This document shows positions 1 through 11,559 of a stretch of DNA of 64,000 nucleotides, piece after piece. How positions within the stretch are numbered: the stretch's first letter is position 1; every line of letters begins with the position of its first letter. Source of the stretch: Mobula hypostoma (taxonomy: Eukaryota); assembly GCF_963921235.1 (NCBI RefSeq), contig NC_086097.1, positions 170,502,001 through 170,566,000 on the forward strand, given 5' to 3'. The translations under genes were made by a program, and so were the position numbers. The notes under the pieces are model-generated. The model did no database searches, was not told the origin of the DNA, and saw nothing but the letters and a program-made list of their open reading frames with translations.

Positions 1-606
1 TGTTAGAGTGAAGGGCAAGGCAAGCAGGAATAGTGAACCTAGATGAAGAGAGATATTGAGGCCCTGGCCAGGAAAAAAGAGGCATGGATCAGCCACAGGC
101 AGCTGGGATCAAATGAATCCCTGAAGGATTATAAGAGATGCAGAAATGTACTCAAGAAGGAAATCAGGAGGACATGAGATAACCTTGGCAGAGAAGATAA
201 AGGAAAATCCAAAGAGAATTTTTGAGTATATTAAGGAAGAAGGAATACCTAGAGAGGGAATAGGGCTCCTCAAAGGCAAATAGGGACATCTTTGTGTGGA
301 GCAGTAGAAGATGGTTAAGGTCCTTAATAAGTATTTCTTTTCTGTTTTTACTGTTGAGAGAAACAAAAATGATCACTTTAAAACTAGGAAAAATAAATAG
401 GGAGACCTTAGGGGTAATCTGCATTATAGTTGAAGTTCTGGATGCCTTAAACGGTATGAAGGTAGACAAATTTCCAGAGTCTGACCAGGTTTATCCAAAA
501 ACACTATGGGAGGCTAAAGAAGAAATTGTGGGAGCACTGGATGAGATATTGACATCATCATTAGCAACGGGTGAGGTCTCAGTAGTCTGGAGGGTAGTGA
601 ATGTTG
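1..606 (+). mobile_element. CR1 LINE ORF2 fragment (degenerate, linker to RT N-terminus)
   Basis: Translation KVDKFPESDQVYPKTLWEAKEEIVGALDEILTSSLATGEV..WRVVNV matches the CR1 KVDKSPGPD..YPR.L.E..EEIA.AL..IF..SL.TGEVPEDWR.ANV block; similar to 35.0-35.7 kb and 57.5-58.1 kb. Confidence 0.85.
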
Positions 607-1965
607 TCTTCTTGGTAATCATGTGCTAGGACTTCCTGTCCAATCTCGAAGCTCCTTGCTGTTTCACTCGGCAACTGACTGAACTGTTTATTCTGCACTT
701 CCCTCCATAGGTCTGGTTTCAGTAGGTCCATACGATATCTCAGATTCCTGCTCATGAACCGTATTGCAGGTATTTGATTTATTGTTGCATGAACAGAGTT
801 CCAATATACAAAAAAGTTGTCCACCTTGCGCTGAAGAGAAATGTCCTCCTTGTCCATAGCTTTCATGGACTTCTTGAAGGTTTGGATAAACCTTTCAGCC
901 AACCCATTCGGTGCTGAGTGGTGAAGAGCCGACTTGAAATGTCTGATGCCATTTTTCTTCATGAACCAGTTGGAATTCTTCTGACATGTATTGTAGTCTT
1001 TTGCCACTCACAATTTGTTCTGGTAAGCTGTTTCTGGTAAAGATAGACCTCAGGGTGGAGACAGTCTTTGCTGAGGTGCTTGGTTTCATTGGTATAACCT
1101 CCGGCCACTTCAAATGAACATCCACAGCAATCAGAAATATGGAGTCCATGAATGGCCCAGCAAAGTCCATATGTACTCTTTGTCATGGTGAAGATGGCCA
1201 CTCCCATGGGTGTAACAGTGCCTGTGTGTGGAGGGGGGGGGGTAGGTAAATTTTGAACTTTTTGGCAATCTGAACAGCTTTTAGCCAAGTCTTCGATCTG
1301 CTTATTTATTCCCTTCTCAAACACCTTCTGATCAGTATTGAGCAGCTGTGCCAGTCTCTGGTTTGTGCTACCATTTGGGCTGCCATTGCCTGTTGATGTC
1401 ATACTGAGAGCTTTGAGTGCCAGTCTAGTTAGATTATTCTCAAACATTTATGTCTGAAAAGTGCTGGCCCTCCTCTTTTTAATACATAAAGCTCTAACTG
1501 CTGTGTTTGGCTTCCATACATCACATTTACCTTCAGTTTGCCTTTGGGAGACACTTTTTCACCTCTGTAGGTGATTACCATCACTGGGGTCTTCTCTAAT
1601 GGTATCTTCAAAAACAATCTGTAGTCAGCCTCTGGAATTATGGACAAAGCTGACCCTGTATCCATTTACACCATTGTGATCCAAATGATTTTGTGATCTG
1701 CTACAGCTATACCATGCAGTTTTAGGCATGACAGTTCACCTTTGTTAGACTCTACGTTGTCTGATTCTGTTTTACGTTGAATAAATTTATGCATTTGCTT
1801 AGCTTTGTGTTTGAGACATTTCACTCGGTTGTGCTTTTTGTCTGCCTTGCACATTCTCTAAGTGACCTTGTCTGTGACACATCCTGCGGACTCTTTCTCT
1901 GAACTGACAGTTACTTACATCATGGGAGGATTTACCACATTGATAACATCATTGGCTTTTTGCAC
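607..1965 (-). mobile_element. Ty3/Gypsy LTR-retrotransposon relic (gag zinc knuckles, protease, integrase; RT/RNase H deleted)
   Basis: Minus strand: CYQCGKSSHDVSNC and RMCHRQGHLERMC knuckles (~1850-1950), DTGSALSII protease (1429-1665), CSDC, DFAGPF..FLIAVD..KWPEV and NGLAERFIQTFK integrase (607-1310); several frameshifts. Confidence 0.9.
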
Positions 1966-1974
1966 CATTCACAT

Positions 1975-2807
1975 GAAACTCACATGAAATCTTGGCCAGA
2001 AAGCATATGGAAGACTCTGAAGTCAGCTGGAAGAAGTTTCTGTGGTCTGATGAAACCAAAATTGATCTTTTCGATGATCAAACTAAACCCTATGTTTGGC
2101 GTAAGCCAAACACCACACATCATCCCTACCATGAAGCATGGTGGTGGCTGCATCATGCTGTGGGGACACTTCACTGCAGGCCCTGGAAGGCTCGTAAAAG
2201 TAGAGGGTAAAATGAATGCAGCATACTACAGGGAAATCCTGGAGGAAAAACTGATGCAGTCTGCAAGAGAACTGGGACTTGAGAGAAGATTTAATTTCCA
2301 GCAAGACTCCAAGCATAAAGCCAAAGCTACACAGGAATGCTTTAAAAGCAATAAAGTTAATGTCCTGGAGTGGCCAAGTAAGAGTCCAAACCTCAATCCA
2401 ATTGAGAATTTATGAGAAGACTTGAAAAGGGCTGTTCACTCACAATCCCTATGTAATCTGACAGAGCTTGAGCAGTGCTGTAAAGAAGAATGGGGAAAAA
2501 TTGCAGTGTCCAGATGTGCAAAGCTGATAGAGACCTATCCACACGGACTCAAGGCTGTAATTGCTGCCAAAGGTGCATCTACTAAATACTGACTTGAAGG
2601 GGCGAATAATTGTGCAATCAATTATTTTTTGTTTTATATTTGTAAATAACTTAGATCAATTTGTAGAGATTTGTTTTTACTTTGACATGTTGATCAGTGT
2701 TAAAAAAGCCAAATTAAATCCACCGTGATTCAATATTGTAAAATAATAAAACATGAAAACTTCCGGGGGGCCGGTGGGGGGGGGGTGAATACTTTTTATA
2801 GGCACTG
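1975..2807 (+). mobile_element. Tc1/mariner DNA transposon, 3' half with defective DDE transposase and right TIR
   Basis: WKKFLWSDETKIDLF, TMKHGGGCIMLWG, FQQD and WPSKSPNLNPIENL motifs; premature stop at 2413-2415; ends ...TTTTATAGGCACTG followed by TA (2808-2809); left end missing. Confidence 0.92.
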
Positions 2808-2809
2808 TA

Positions 2810-3070
2810 TAATAAATAAAAGCACGGTCATAGGAGATGGCTTTAATTGGCGTATTTACATTGTACTGAGAGAGAGAGAGGAAGAGAGAACAATGAACAC
2901 ATGTAGATAACAGCGCATGCATAACTAACAGATCAATACGTAGTGCTGAGGGTTGCTCTAAAAGGCATAGATCCACGCATTGCATAAAGAAAGTAAACTC
3001 TTCTTGGGCTTCCAGCTGGGTAAAGGTATGAATTAAAACCAATGTTTCAATGGCAAACTCTGCCATCTTT
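2810..3070 (-). mobile_element. Possible 5' LTR remnant of the adjacent Gypsy relic
   Basis: Minus strand has a (CT)n stretch, an ATTAAA signal and an LTR-like end ...TTTATTTATTATA abutting the Tc1 TA site, upstream of gag; no partner LTR visible. Confidence 0.35.
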
Positions 3071-3574
3071 TTCAGGGATGATGCCTGGGCAAGTCTAGTC
3101 TGGTGGTATTTAAACGCCTGTATTACATCCCTTGTGATTTGTTAGTCCTCATCCAATCAGGTTTCTGCTCTCCCACCTTGCTTACAATAGAATTCCAGTT
3201 CTTACTTAGAGCAAGACCTTCGTCTTTGTCAATATTCTTTTCCTCTAGTTTTATTTCAGTGGCTTCTTTTAGCAGGTGGTCCCAAAAGCAATTGAAAGTT
3301 ATGAAAAATTAAGAAAAGCTTTTGGGCTATTTTAAATGAAAGTGCATAGCAATAGCAAATGACAATTAGGAATATTTTCCCACTGACCATATTTAAAAAA
3401 AACATACAGCAATTGATGTTCACCTATTTGTTTTTGTTATTAACCTAGAGAATCAACAATGAGCCACTGACTATCCACATTCTCAATGTATAAATGGTGC
3501 ACTGGTACAATATCTATGTTAGCCCTACCACAGCTGGACTTGGATGCATCAAGGATAAAGAAGTGGACAAGAAA

Positions 3575-3963
3575 ACCCCAGAAAACTGTCTTTTCCAAAA
3601 GCTTCCTTCTGGAAACTGCTATAGGGCAATAAAACAAAAACTTCAAGCCATTTTAAAAGTTTCTTCTCTCAGTGGTTAATCTGATCAACCATTCTAGTTT
3701 AGACCCCCAACCTCTTCTAAATATCCATCCCCTTCACTGCACTGCACTGTTACCACTGTCAACCATTTTTATAATGCAGTTTACATTTTAAATACACGCT
3801 GGTCTTTATGTATTTCGGCACATTTTATTCCATATCTGTACTTCTAACCCTTCTTCTGCGTAATTGTTGCAAGTTACTATTTTTTGCTGCACGTAGCATC
3901 AAAACATAGCACAGCAATTCCCTAATACATGCAAACGTATATGGCGAATAAAGTTGATCCTTG
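3575..3963 (+). mobile_element. Rex1/Babar-type LINE 3' end
   Basis: CLFQKLPSGNCYRAIK resembles the Rex1 C-terminal LFSLLPSGRRYRSL motif; followed by a 3' UTR with AATAAA near 3947. Confidence 0.6.
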
Positions 3964-5082
3964 CTTACAATGTGCAGATGATCCTCCAGTAGGAGGATCA
4001 GTACAACTGCTCTGTTTTTCTAAAGGCTGACGAAGGACGTTGGCTTTTGCAGCAACACCTGCACCTTGCAAGCTAACAGAAAAGGCAAAATGAAAACCGT
4101 GTTATATTCCTGAACAATAATGCTACTCTCGAGATTCAGCTGTGCTGAATCGCAGTCATACTTCTTGGTGAGAACTTAAGCAATGTCACATTTAGAATCC
4201 AGTCATCAACAGTTGATGATCTTAACAAAGTAATGGGAAGTAAAGTGTGGACTCCGCATTTTCAGTGCCAACGAAAACATTTATTCCCTGTGGAAATCTT
4301 TGCCAAGTTCTGGCAATCTCTGTAATGACTGAACGTTGTTATTGCACAACTAGATACTGTGACAAGGTTTTATTATAGAAGTAGCAAAATTGTTGGTTTC
4401 AACGTGCTACGTATCAAGGAGAGGGTTATTTTTGATTAATTAATTTTGTTTGATTTAAACACTCTTTCATCAATTACTGTCTTCTGTTGCAGCAACAGTT
4501 TTCACAATCATTGTGCCTTCACCTTATTTAGTTTAACTCTCATTGATGTTCTGGCTACAGTCCTGTTGTTTGCAGTATTCACTCGTTCCTCTTCCTGTCA
4601 GTGTAACCAAGCAGTTTCACATCTTTAAAATTAAACACTCACTTAAGCAATAACACTTTCACACTAAATGGTAAATGAAAGAATTACCCTTTCTTACACT
4701 AATTTTCCCTCAATGAGATTCCTCAGCTCGGTATCAGTACTGGTATTGATTTATTATTGCTATGTGTTTAAAGCTTTAGTTTAAAGCCATCCAGACAGAT
4801 GGTGCCATAGATAAATATATTAAGGTAGTTAAAAGAAAAGCAGAATGCAGAATATAGTGTTTCAGCTACAGAGAAAGGCAGAGCAGCTAAATAAATAGTG
4901 TAAGACTCACAATGAGGTAGGTTGACAGACCAAAAATTAATCATTAGCATATTAAAGATCAGTAGTAGAGTATCTTTCTGTATTATTGAGGAAATCAGAA
5001 TATTTATTTCTCACTGGGCAGGAAACACTGCCTTCTTAAAGTTGCAAGATTATTGAATGGTTCCTTAGTATGATAAGATGGA

Positions 5083-5591
5083 CATAGAAACATAGAAACA
5101 TAGAAAATAGGTGCAGGAGTAGGCCATTCGGCCCTTTGAGCCTGCACCGCCATTTATTATGATCATGGCTGATCATCCAACTCAGAACCCCACCCCAGCC
5201 TTCCCTCCATATGCCCTGATCCCCGTACCCACAAGGGCCATATCTAACTCCCTCTTAAATATAGCCAATGAACTGACCTCAACTGTTTCCTGTGGCAGAG
5301 AATTCCACAGATTCACCACTCTCTGTGTGAAGAAGTTTTTCCTAATCTTGGTCCTAAAAGGCTTCCCCTTTATCCTCAAACTGTGACCCCTCATTCTGGA
5401 CTTCCCCAACATCGGGAACAATCTTCCTGCATCTAGCCTGTCCAATCCCTTTAGGATTTTATACGTTTCAATCAGATCCCCCCTCAATCTTCTAAATTCC
5501 AACGAGTACAAGCCCAGTTCATCCAGTCTTTCTTCATATGAAAGTCCTGCCATCCCAGGAATCACTCTGGTGAACCTTCTTTGTACTCCCT
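5083..5591 (-). mobile_element. Young CR1 LINE, 5'-truncated 3' end
   Basis: VQRRFTRVIPGMAGLSYEERL..LGLYSLEFRRLRGDLIETYKIL..FFTQRVVNLWNSLP; (CATAGAAA)n tail at 5083-5108; near-identical to 46480-46980. Confidence 0.93.
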
Positions 5592-5600
5592 TACAACCTA

Positions 5601-5672
5601 CAGTACTGTGCAAAAGTCCTAGGCACATATACTGTAAATAGCCAGGGTACCTAAGACTTTTGCACAGTACTG
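5601..5672. mobile_element. 72-bp Tc1/mariner-type MITE
   Basis: 26-bp TIRs CAGTACTGTGCAAAAGTC(C/T)TAGG(C/T)AC at 5601-5626 and 5647-5672 (2 mismatches), flanked by TA on both sides. Confidence 0.85.
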
Positions 5673-6049
5673 TATTCGTCAACATGGAATGGAAAGCGAG
5701 TTTGTAAATCTGGTGGGCGCAAAGGATATTGGGAATGGTGAGAATGGAATGCCACAGGAGGGGTGTCGGAGAGGTGGCAGAGGCAGGGGAATTATGCGGG
5801 TGCAGACACACCCAGTCCAGAGACACCAGGCAAGGCAAAGTAATAAAATTTGCAAACAACCAGTTTATTGAGCGTTACAGAATGTCACTCCCCATTCCCT
5901 TCCCTTTTTCCCTCCCCTTTCCCACTCTCAGTCCTATTTTCCCTTGTACTACCTCAATACACTGTTGCAATGAATTGATCTGTACACAAGATGAGCTTTG
6001 CACTGTACCTCAGTATATCAGTCAATAATAAGCCAACAGACCAATGATG

Positions 6050-6260
6050 TCAAGGAATTTAATTCTGACAGGGTCAGAGAATTTGGATACTGAGAGGATA
6101 TTTCCTCTGGCTGAGGTGTCTAGAATAAGGCATCACAACTTCAGGCTGTAGGTAAAATATTTAGGTCTAAGATAAAGATAAACTTCTTCACTTAGGGAAT
6201 GGTGAACCTGTGGCATTTGCTGTCATAGAGGGCAGGTCACTGAGTGTATGAAACAAGGAC
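6050..6260 (+). mobile_element. Old CR1 3' fragment
   Basis: aggatatttcctctggctgaggtgtctagaataaggcatcac...aacttcttcacttagggaatggtgaacctgtgg matches the CR1 3' coding end. Confidence 0.6.
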
Positions 6261-6469
6261 GTGGGTCCATTTCTATCGACAAGGGACTGCAGATGGAGGA
6301 ATACAAAGGAAATCAGCAGGTCAAGCAGTGGGGAAGGAGAGACTGCTCTGATGTAAGGAATTCACCCAAAATGTCAACAGTTCTTCTCCCAACCCCGCCC
6401 AACAGAACATCCACAATTTGGGTCTGTATTCCTCGGAGTTCAGAATACTAAAGGGTGACCTTATATAAA

Positions 6470-7321
6470 TTCAAAGTTCAAAGTACATTTTATTATCAAA
6501 GAATGTATAAGTTATACAACCTTGAGATTTGTCTGCTTACAGGCAGCCACAAAACAAGAAACCCGAAAGAACCCAATTAAAAATAAATACCAATGTGGAG
6601 AGAGAAAAAAAAATCAAATCAAGTCATGCAAACAATAAAGCAAGGATCAGCTTTCAGAACAAAATGGAATCCATAAACCTGAAGCTGGGGGCAGCAGAGT
6701 GGGCCCATAGTCTCAGTCTCAGTCTATCACACAGAGGCAAATTGCCACAAAGCTCACAGACACTAAGCTCCGGAGTAGCCGGGGCATGACACAGCCTCGG
6801 TCTCAGTGCCGAGGAGAGTGGAGTAAAACATCGCAGGCAGAACTGCCTCGGCCCTTGCCTCCGGTCCCAACACCTTGATTTTTCTGTCCACCTGGTCTGT
6901 TGCTTAAATAGTCTAAACATGAGGTCATCTTCCAAACATGGGCCCGAGTCCCGCCATAGCGAATCACTCTGGTCCGCTTCCAGTCTGTACTCAACCTTTC
7001 CAAATCAGTGTGGCACCTAGAAGGATCAAATCTTGCTCCCGGTGGACAGGCTCTGAAACAGCTTGGCTTCAGCTTTTCTCCGCTCAGCTCGCTCCAACTA
7101 CGTCTCTGATTCTGACCTCCGGCTATGGCTCCATCTGGAACATGCCTTGACCTCGCCTTGACACTGTCTCACACCCGCAAGCCTTGACCCAAAGTTTGTG
7201 CTGATCAGTTACCACAATTTTCCACATAAAAAGTGTTATTAATTGAGTATTTAGTCAAAGTTTTTTGGGAACCACGAGTAAGCTGTTGCCTACATTCATT
7301 AGTTCCATCTTAAACCAGAAG
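6470..7321 (-). mobile_element. Non-coding retroposon-like repeat (LINE-derived, unclassified)
   Basis: Minus-strand head CTTCTGGTTTAAGATGG, GC-rich body, polyA-signal-like AATAAA and a TTTGAAC-type tail as on Rex1 copies (cf. 41523-41537); no TE ORF. Confidence 0.45.
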
Positions 7322-7324
7322 CAG

Positions 7325-8313
7325 AACCAGAATCAGGTTAATTATCACTGGCGTGTATCGTAACATTTGTTAACTTAGCAGCCGCAGTTCAATGCAATGC
7401 ATAATATAGAAGAGAAAAACAAACAAATAAATCAATCAATTACAGTATACGTATATTGCATAGATTAAAAATTCAGCAAAACAGAAATAATATATATTAA
7501 AAAAGTGAGGTAGTGTTCAAGGGTTCAATGTCCATTTAGGAATAGGACAGCAGAGGGGAAGAAGCTGTTCCTGAATCGCTGAGTGTGTGCCTTCAGGCTT
7601 CGGTACCTCCTACCTGATGGTAACAGTGAGAAAAGGGCATGTGCTGGGTGCTGGAGGTCATTGATAATGGACGCTGCCTTTCTGAGACAAATGTCCTGGG
7701 TACTTTGTAGGCTAGTACCCAAGATGGAGCCAACTAAATTTATGACCCTCTGCAGCTTCTTTCGGTCCTGTGCATTAGCCCCCCTCCCATACCAGACAGT
7801 GATGCAGCCTGTCAGAATGCTCTCCACGGTACATCTATAGAAGTTTTTGAGTGTTTTTGTTGACATACCAAATCTGTTCAAACTCCTAATGAAGTATAGC
7901 CGCCGTCTTGCCTTCTTTATAACTACATTGATATGTTGGGACCAGAATAGGTTGTCAGAGATCTTGACACCCAAGAACTTGAAACGGCTCACTCTCTCCA
8001 CTTCTGATCCCTCTACGAGGATTAGTATGTTTTCCTTCGTCTTACCCTTCCTGAAGTTCAGAATCAGCTCTTTTGTGTTACTGACATTGAGTGCCAGGTT
8101 GTTGCTGCAGCACCACTCACCTAGCTGGTATATCATGCTCCTGTACGCCCTCTTGTCACTACCTGAGATTCTACCAACAATGGTTGCATCATCAGCAAAT
8201 TTATAGATGGTATTTGAGCTATGCCTAGCCGCACAGTCATGGATATAGGGAGAGTAGAACAGTGGGCTAAGCACACACCCCTAAGGTGCACCAGTGTTGA
8301 TTGTCAGCGAGGA
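7325..8313 (-). mobile_element. Rex1/Babar LINE, 5'-truncated, with uninterrupted RT C-terminal ORF (7525-8274)
   Basis: LSPLFYS.Y.HDC, IYKFADDATIVG, NNLALNVSNTKEL, KKARRRLYFIRSL, YRCTVESILTGCITVWYG, LFSLLPSGRRYRSL; tail repeat at 7325-7335. Confidence 0.92.
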
Positions 8314-8316
8314 GAA

Positions 8317-9003
8317 GAATTGAATTGAATTGACTTTATTACTTACATCCTTCACATACATGAGGAATAAAAATCTTTACCTTACATCTCCGTTTAAATG
8401 TGCAATCTGCAATTTATAGTAATTTGTAATAAATAGTATGTACAACAGGATGGTCAATATAGCATAGAAATACAATTGTATCAGCGTGAATTAAGCAGTC
8501 TGATGGCCTGGTGGAAGAAGCTGTACTGGAGCCTGTTGGTCCTGGCTTTAATGCTTCGGTACCATTTCCCAGATGGTAGCAGCTGGACCAGTTTGTGGTT
8601 GGGATGACTTGGGTCCCCAATAATCCTTCAGGCCCTTTTTACATAGTTGATCTGCACAGATTGTGGTCTTCTGGTTAGAAAGCCGAGGATCTGATTGCAG
8701 AGAGTGGTACAGAGGACCAGGTTCTGTAACTTATCAATCAAGATTGTGGGAATGATGGTGTTAAGTTCTGAACTATAGTTGGGAACAGCATATTAACATA
8801 GGCGTTTGTATTTCTAGGTGGTCAAAGGCCCTGTGAAGAGCTATTGAGATTGAATCTGACATTGACCTATTGTGGTGATAGGCAAACTGCAGTGGGTCCA
8901 GATCCTTGCAGAGGCAGGAGTTCAGTCTAGTCATGACCAACCTCTCAAAGCATTTCATCACTGTAGATGTGAGTGCTACCGGGCGATAGTCATTAAGGCA
9001 GGT
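8317..9003 (-). mobile_element. Rex1/Babar LINE fragment with internal deletions
   Basis: MKCFERLVM..LDPLQFAY RT motif (8773-8961), C-terminal segment 8500-8620, (AATTG)n tail at 8317-8335. Confidence 0.8.
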
Positions 9004-9004
9004 T

Positions 9005-9300
9005 AAAGGATCCCAAAGGGGGTTGACAGGATGGACAATAAGATGTTTTCACTCGTGGCAGAGTCACAAACAATGGACATAGATATAACCTATAGAAACA
9101 GCCAGTTAATACTGAGATGTGTGGAAATGTCTTCATTCAAAGGGTAGTGAGGTCTTGGAATTCTCTTCGATGGACATTATATCACTAGATATATTTAAAG
9201 TGGAGGGAAAATGTTTGAGATATCGAGAAACTGAAACTATGTGGAACAGTACAGAAGAGCTGAGGTCAGTATAGACTGTGTGAGATTGGTGGGGCAGGCT
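9005..9300 (+). mobile_element. Old CR1 3' fragment
   Basis: gatgttttcactcgtggcagagtcacaaacaatggacatag...ttcattcaaagggtagtgaggtcttggaattctct. Confidence 0.6.
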
Positions 9301-9569
9301 TGAGAGACCTGCTGGCCCACTCCTGCTCCAATTTCCTTCTGTTCCTGTGCTTTCTGAATGCCGATTTTGCTGCATCCGAGTCGCAAGCTGTTTGGTCTTG
9401 TCAGAATGACAAGCAATGGATCCATTATCTCAACAGCACCGAAAGAGTCTGTGAAAGCTTTTCAATTAGAACCTAAGAAATTGAAGCCGGAGTAGATCAT
9501 TTAGCCCCTCATACCTGCTTCACCATTCCATTACATCAAGGCTGATTTTTTAACTGAGCACCAACTCTG

Positions 9570-9720
9570 GAGGCAAGAGACACAAGAAATTGCAGATATT
9601 AGAATCCAGAGGAACAAACAATCAGGCCCTGATATCAAGTTTTGAGTTGAAATGCCATCAGTTCCTTTCTTCTCACAGACGTTGCTCAACCCACAGAGTT
9701 CCTGCAGAGATAGTTGGTTA
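9570..9720. repeat. Degenerate Penelope-terminal palindromic repeat
   Basis: acaagaaattgcagatattagaatc...gccctgatatcaagttttgagttgaaatg...cacagacgttgctcaacccacagagttcctgcag follows the pattern of 59623-59826. Confidence 0.45.
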
Positions 9721-9892
9721 CTCAATTTCCCAGTACTAACTTAGATCCCTTGATTAATTTAATATCTATTTAACTACTATACAGAAATCTCTGCTCATTA
9801 TCCATCATTGATATCACTATTCAGAATTTCAAAAGGATTGCAAAACTCTTCACTGTTACAAAGACTTCAAGATTAGTGAGTTTAAAATTACA

Positions 9893-10875
9893 TAGATAGA
9901 TAGAAATTTTATTGATCCCAAAGGAAATTACAGAGTCACAGTAGCATTACAAGTGCACAGGTATACAAATATTAGAAGAGAAGTAAGAAAGAATAAAAAA
10001 ATAAGTTTCCTCAAACAGTTTAACAGGAGGGGTCATCACTTCCCCTGCTATAGGGTGACTCATTAGGGAGCCTAATACCATGGGTAAGAATGATCTTACA
10101 TAGTGCTCTTCAGAGCAGCACAGTTGTCTTAGTCTATTACTGAAAGTGCTCCTCTGTTCGGCCAAGGTGGCATGCAGAGAGTGAGAAACATTGTCCAGAA
10201 TTGCCAGGATTTTCCATAGGGTCCTTTGTTTTACCACAGCCTCCAGTGTGTCATGCTTGACTCCTATAACAGAGCCAGCCTTTCTAATCAGTGTTGACAT
10301 CACCCGTGTAAATGCCATTGTCCCAGCACACAACCAGACAGAAGATTGTATTGGTGACAACAGACTGGTAGAACATGTGAAGGAGAGACCTGCATACTCC
10401 AAATGACCTCAGTCTCCTCAGGAAGTGGAGGCAACTCTAGCTCTTCTTGTGCACAGCCTCCGTGTTGGTGCTCCACTCAAGTCTGTCATCCAGGTGCACT
10501 CTAGGTACTTGTAGGCACTCACCAGATCCATGTCCTCACAATTAATAGTGAGGAGTGCAGGCTTAGTCTTCCTAAAGTCTGTCACCATCTCCTTTGGCTT
10601 ACTGATGTTGAGCTGCAGATGATTCAGCTTGCACCATTTGACAAAGTCCACCTCCAGGGCCCTGTATTCATTTTCCTGTCCTCCTTTTATATACCCAACT
10701 ATTGCTGAGTCATCAGAGAATTTCTGCAGATGACATGACTCAGTGTTGTATCTAAAATCCGAGGTATACAGGGTAAACAGGAAGGGAGCCACCACAATCT
10801 ACTGTGGGGCGCCAGTGCTGCTTATATCCATGTCTGACACATAGCTTTGAAGCTGCACAAACTGTGCCTTGCTAG
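9893..10875 (-). mobile_element. Rex1/Babar LINE fragment (second subfamily)
   Basis: APFLFTLYTSDFRYN..CHLQKFSDDSAIVGYI..WCKLNHLQLNISKPKEMV; (TAGA)n tail at 9893-9904. Confidence 0.85.
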
Positions 10876-11094
10876 ACAAATTAAGAAGTTAGGAATAATA
10901 CAGGTATAAACAAAAATGTAATCAAGTTAAGCTATAATGAGAGATTGGACAAACTTGCTTTGTTATCACTGAAGTACTGGAGGCTGAGGGGAAATATTTT
11001 AAAAATTATCAGAGGTATGGATATGGTAGACAGTCAGAACCTATCTGCATTGGTAGAGTATAATGTTTAGTTTTATTGTGTGATAATGTCCATA

Positions 11095-11511
11095 CTTCTC
11101 TGTGCATTGTCACCTTGTCATGGTGGAGAAGCTTGTGTGGTCCTGTGATCCCGAGAGCAATGCCGTCTGGAGCTATGCTCCTGGTAGGGTCACCCATGGC
11201 GGTAAGGTCGAGGGTGAGGTCCCTGACAAAGAACTATCCAACCAAGACCTCAATGGTGGAACAGGCGGATGAAGTTACTTCGAACTCAACAGCTGTGAAG
11301 GCGGATGAAGGCTGCAACAAATCCATCAGCTCCAATCATCGTGGTTTCCATGCCATTGGAATCAGTCAGTTGATTTGTGAAGTATTGTGTGCTTCTTGGA
11401 GTGCAAAATCAAGCTCACATTAAACAAATACACGCACAAGTGTCTTCACTCTATGGGCCACTTCTTCAGAACGAAGACTATCATCCTCAACCTCGAGGGA
11501 TAGCCACGACG
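11095..11511 (+). mobile_element. 417-bp non-autonomous RTE derivative (5' UTR joined to 3' tail), flanked by a 10-bp TSD
   Basis: AATGTCCATA at 11085-11094 and 11512-11521; RTE-type 5' UTR (GGAGCTATGCTCCTGGTAGGGTCACCCATGGCGGTAAGGTC); 3' end matches the RTE at 14779-14820. Confidence 0.8.
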
Positions 11512-11559
11512 AATGTCCATAATTTCATTTTTTAAAAATTTTTTCATCTCAACTCAAAG

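Noticed and set aside
2677..3066. 129-aa minus-strand ORF
   Set aside because: Crosses the Tc1 TIR and LTR-like sequence; no coding signature
4027..4060. CTGACGA hammerhead-like core
   Set aside because: No stem II or downstream GAAA
5182..5859. 225-aa ORF that looks like a fusion protein
   Set aside because: Chance read-through from flanking repeat and MITE sequence into a CR1 3' end
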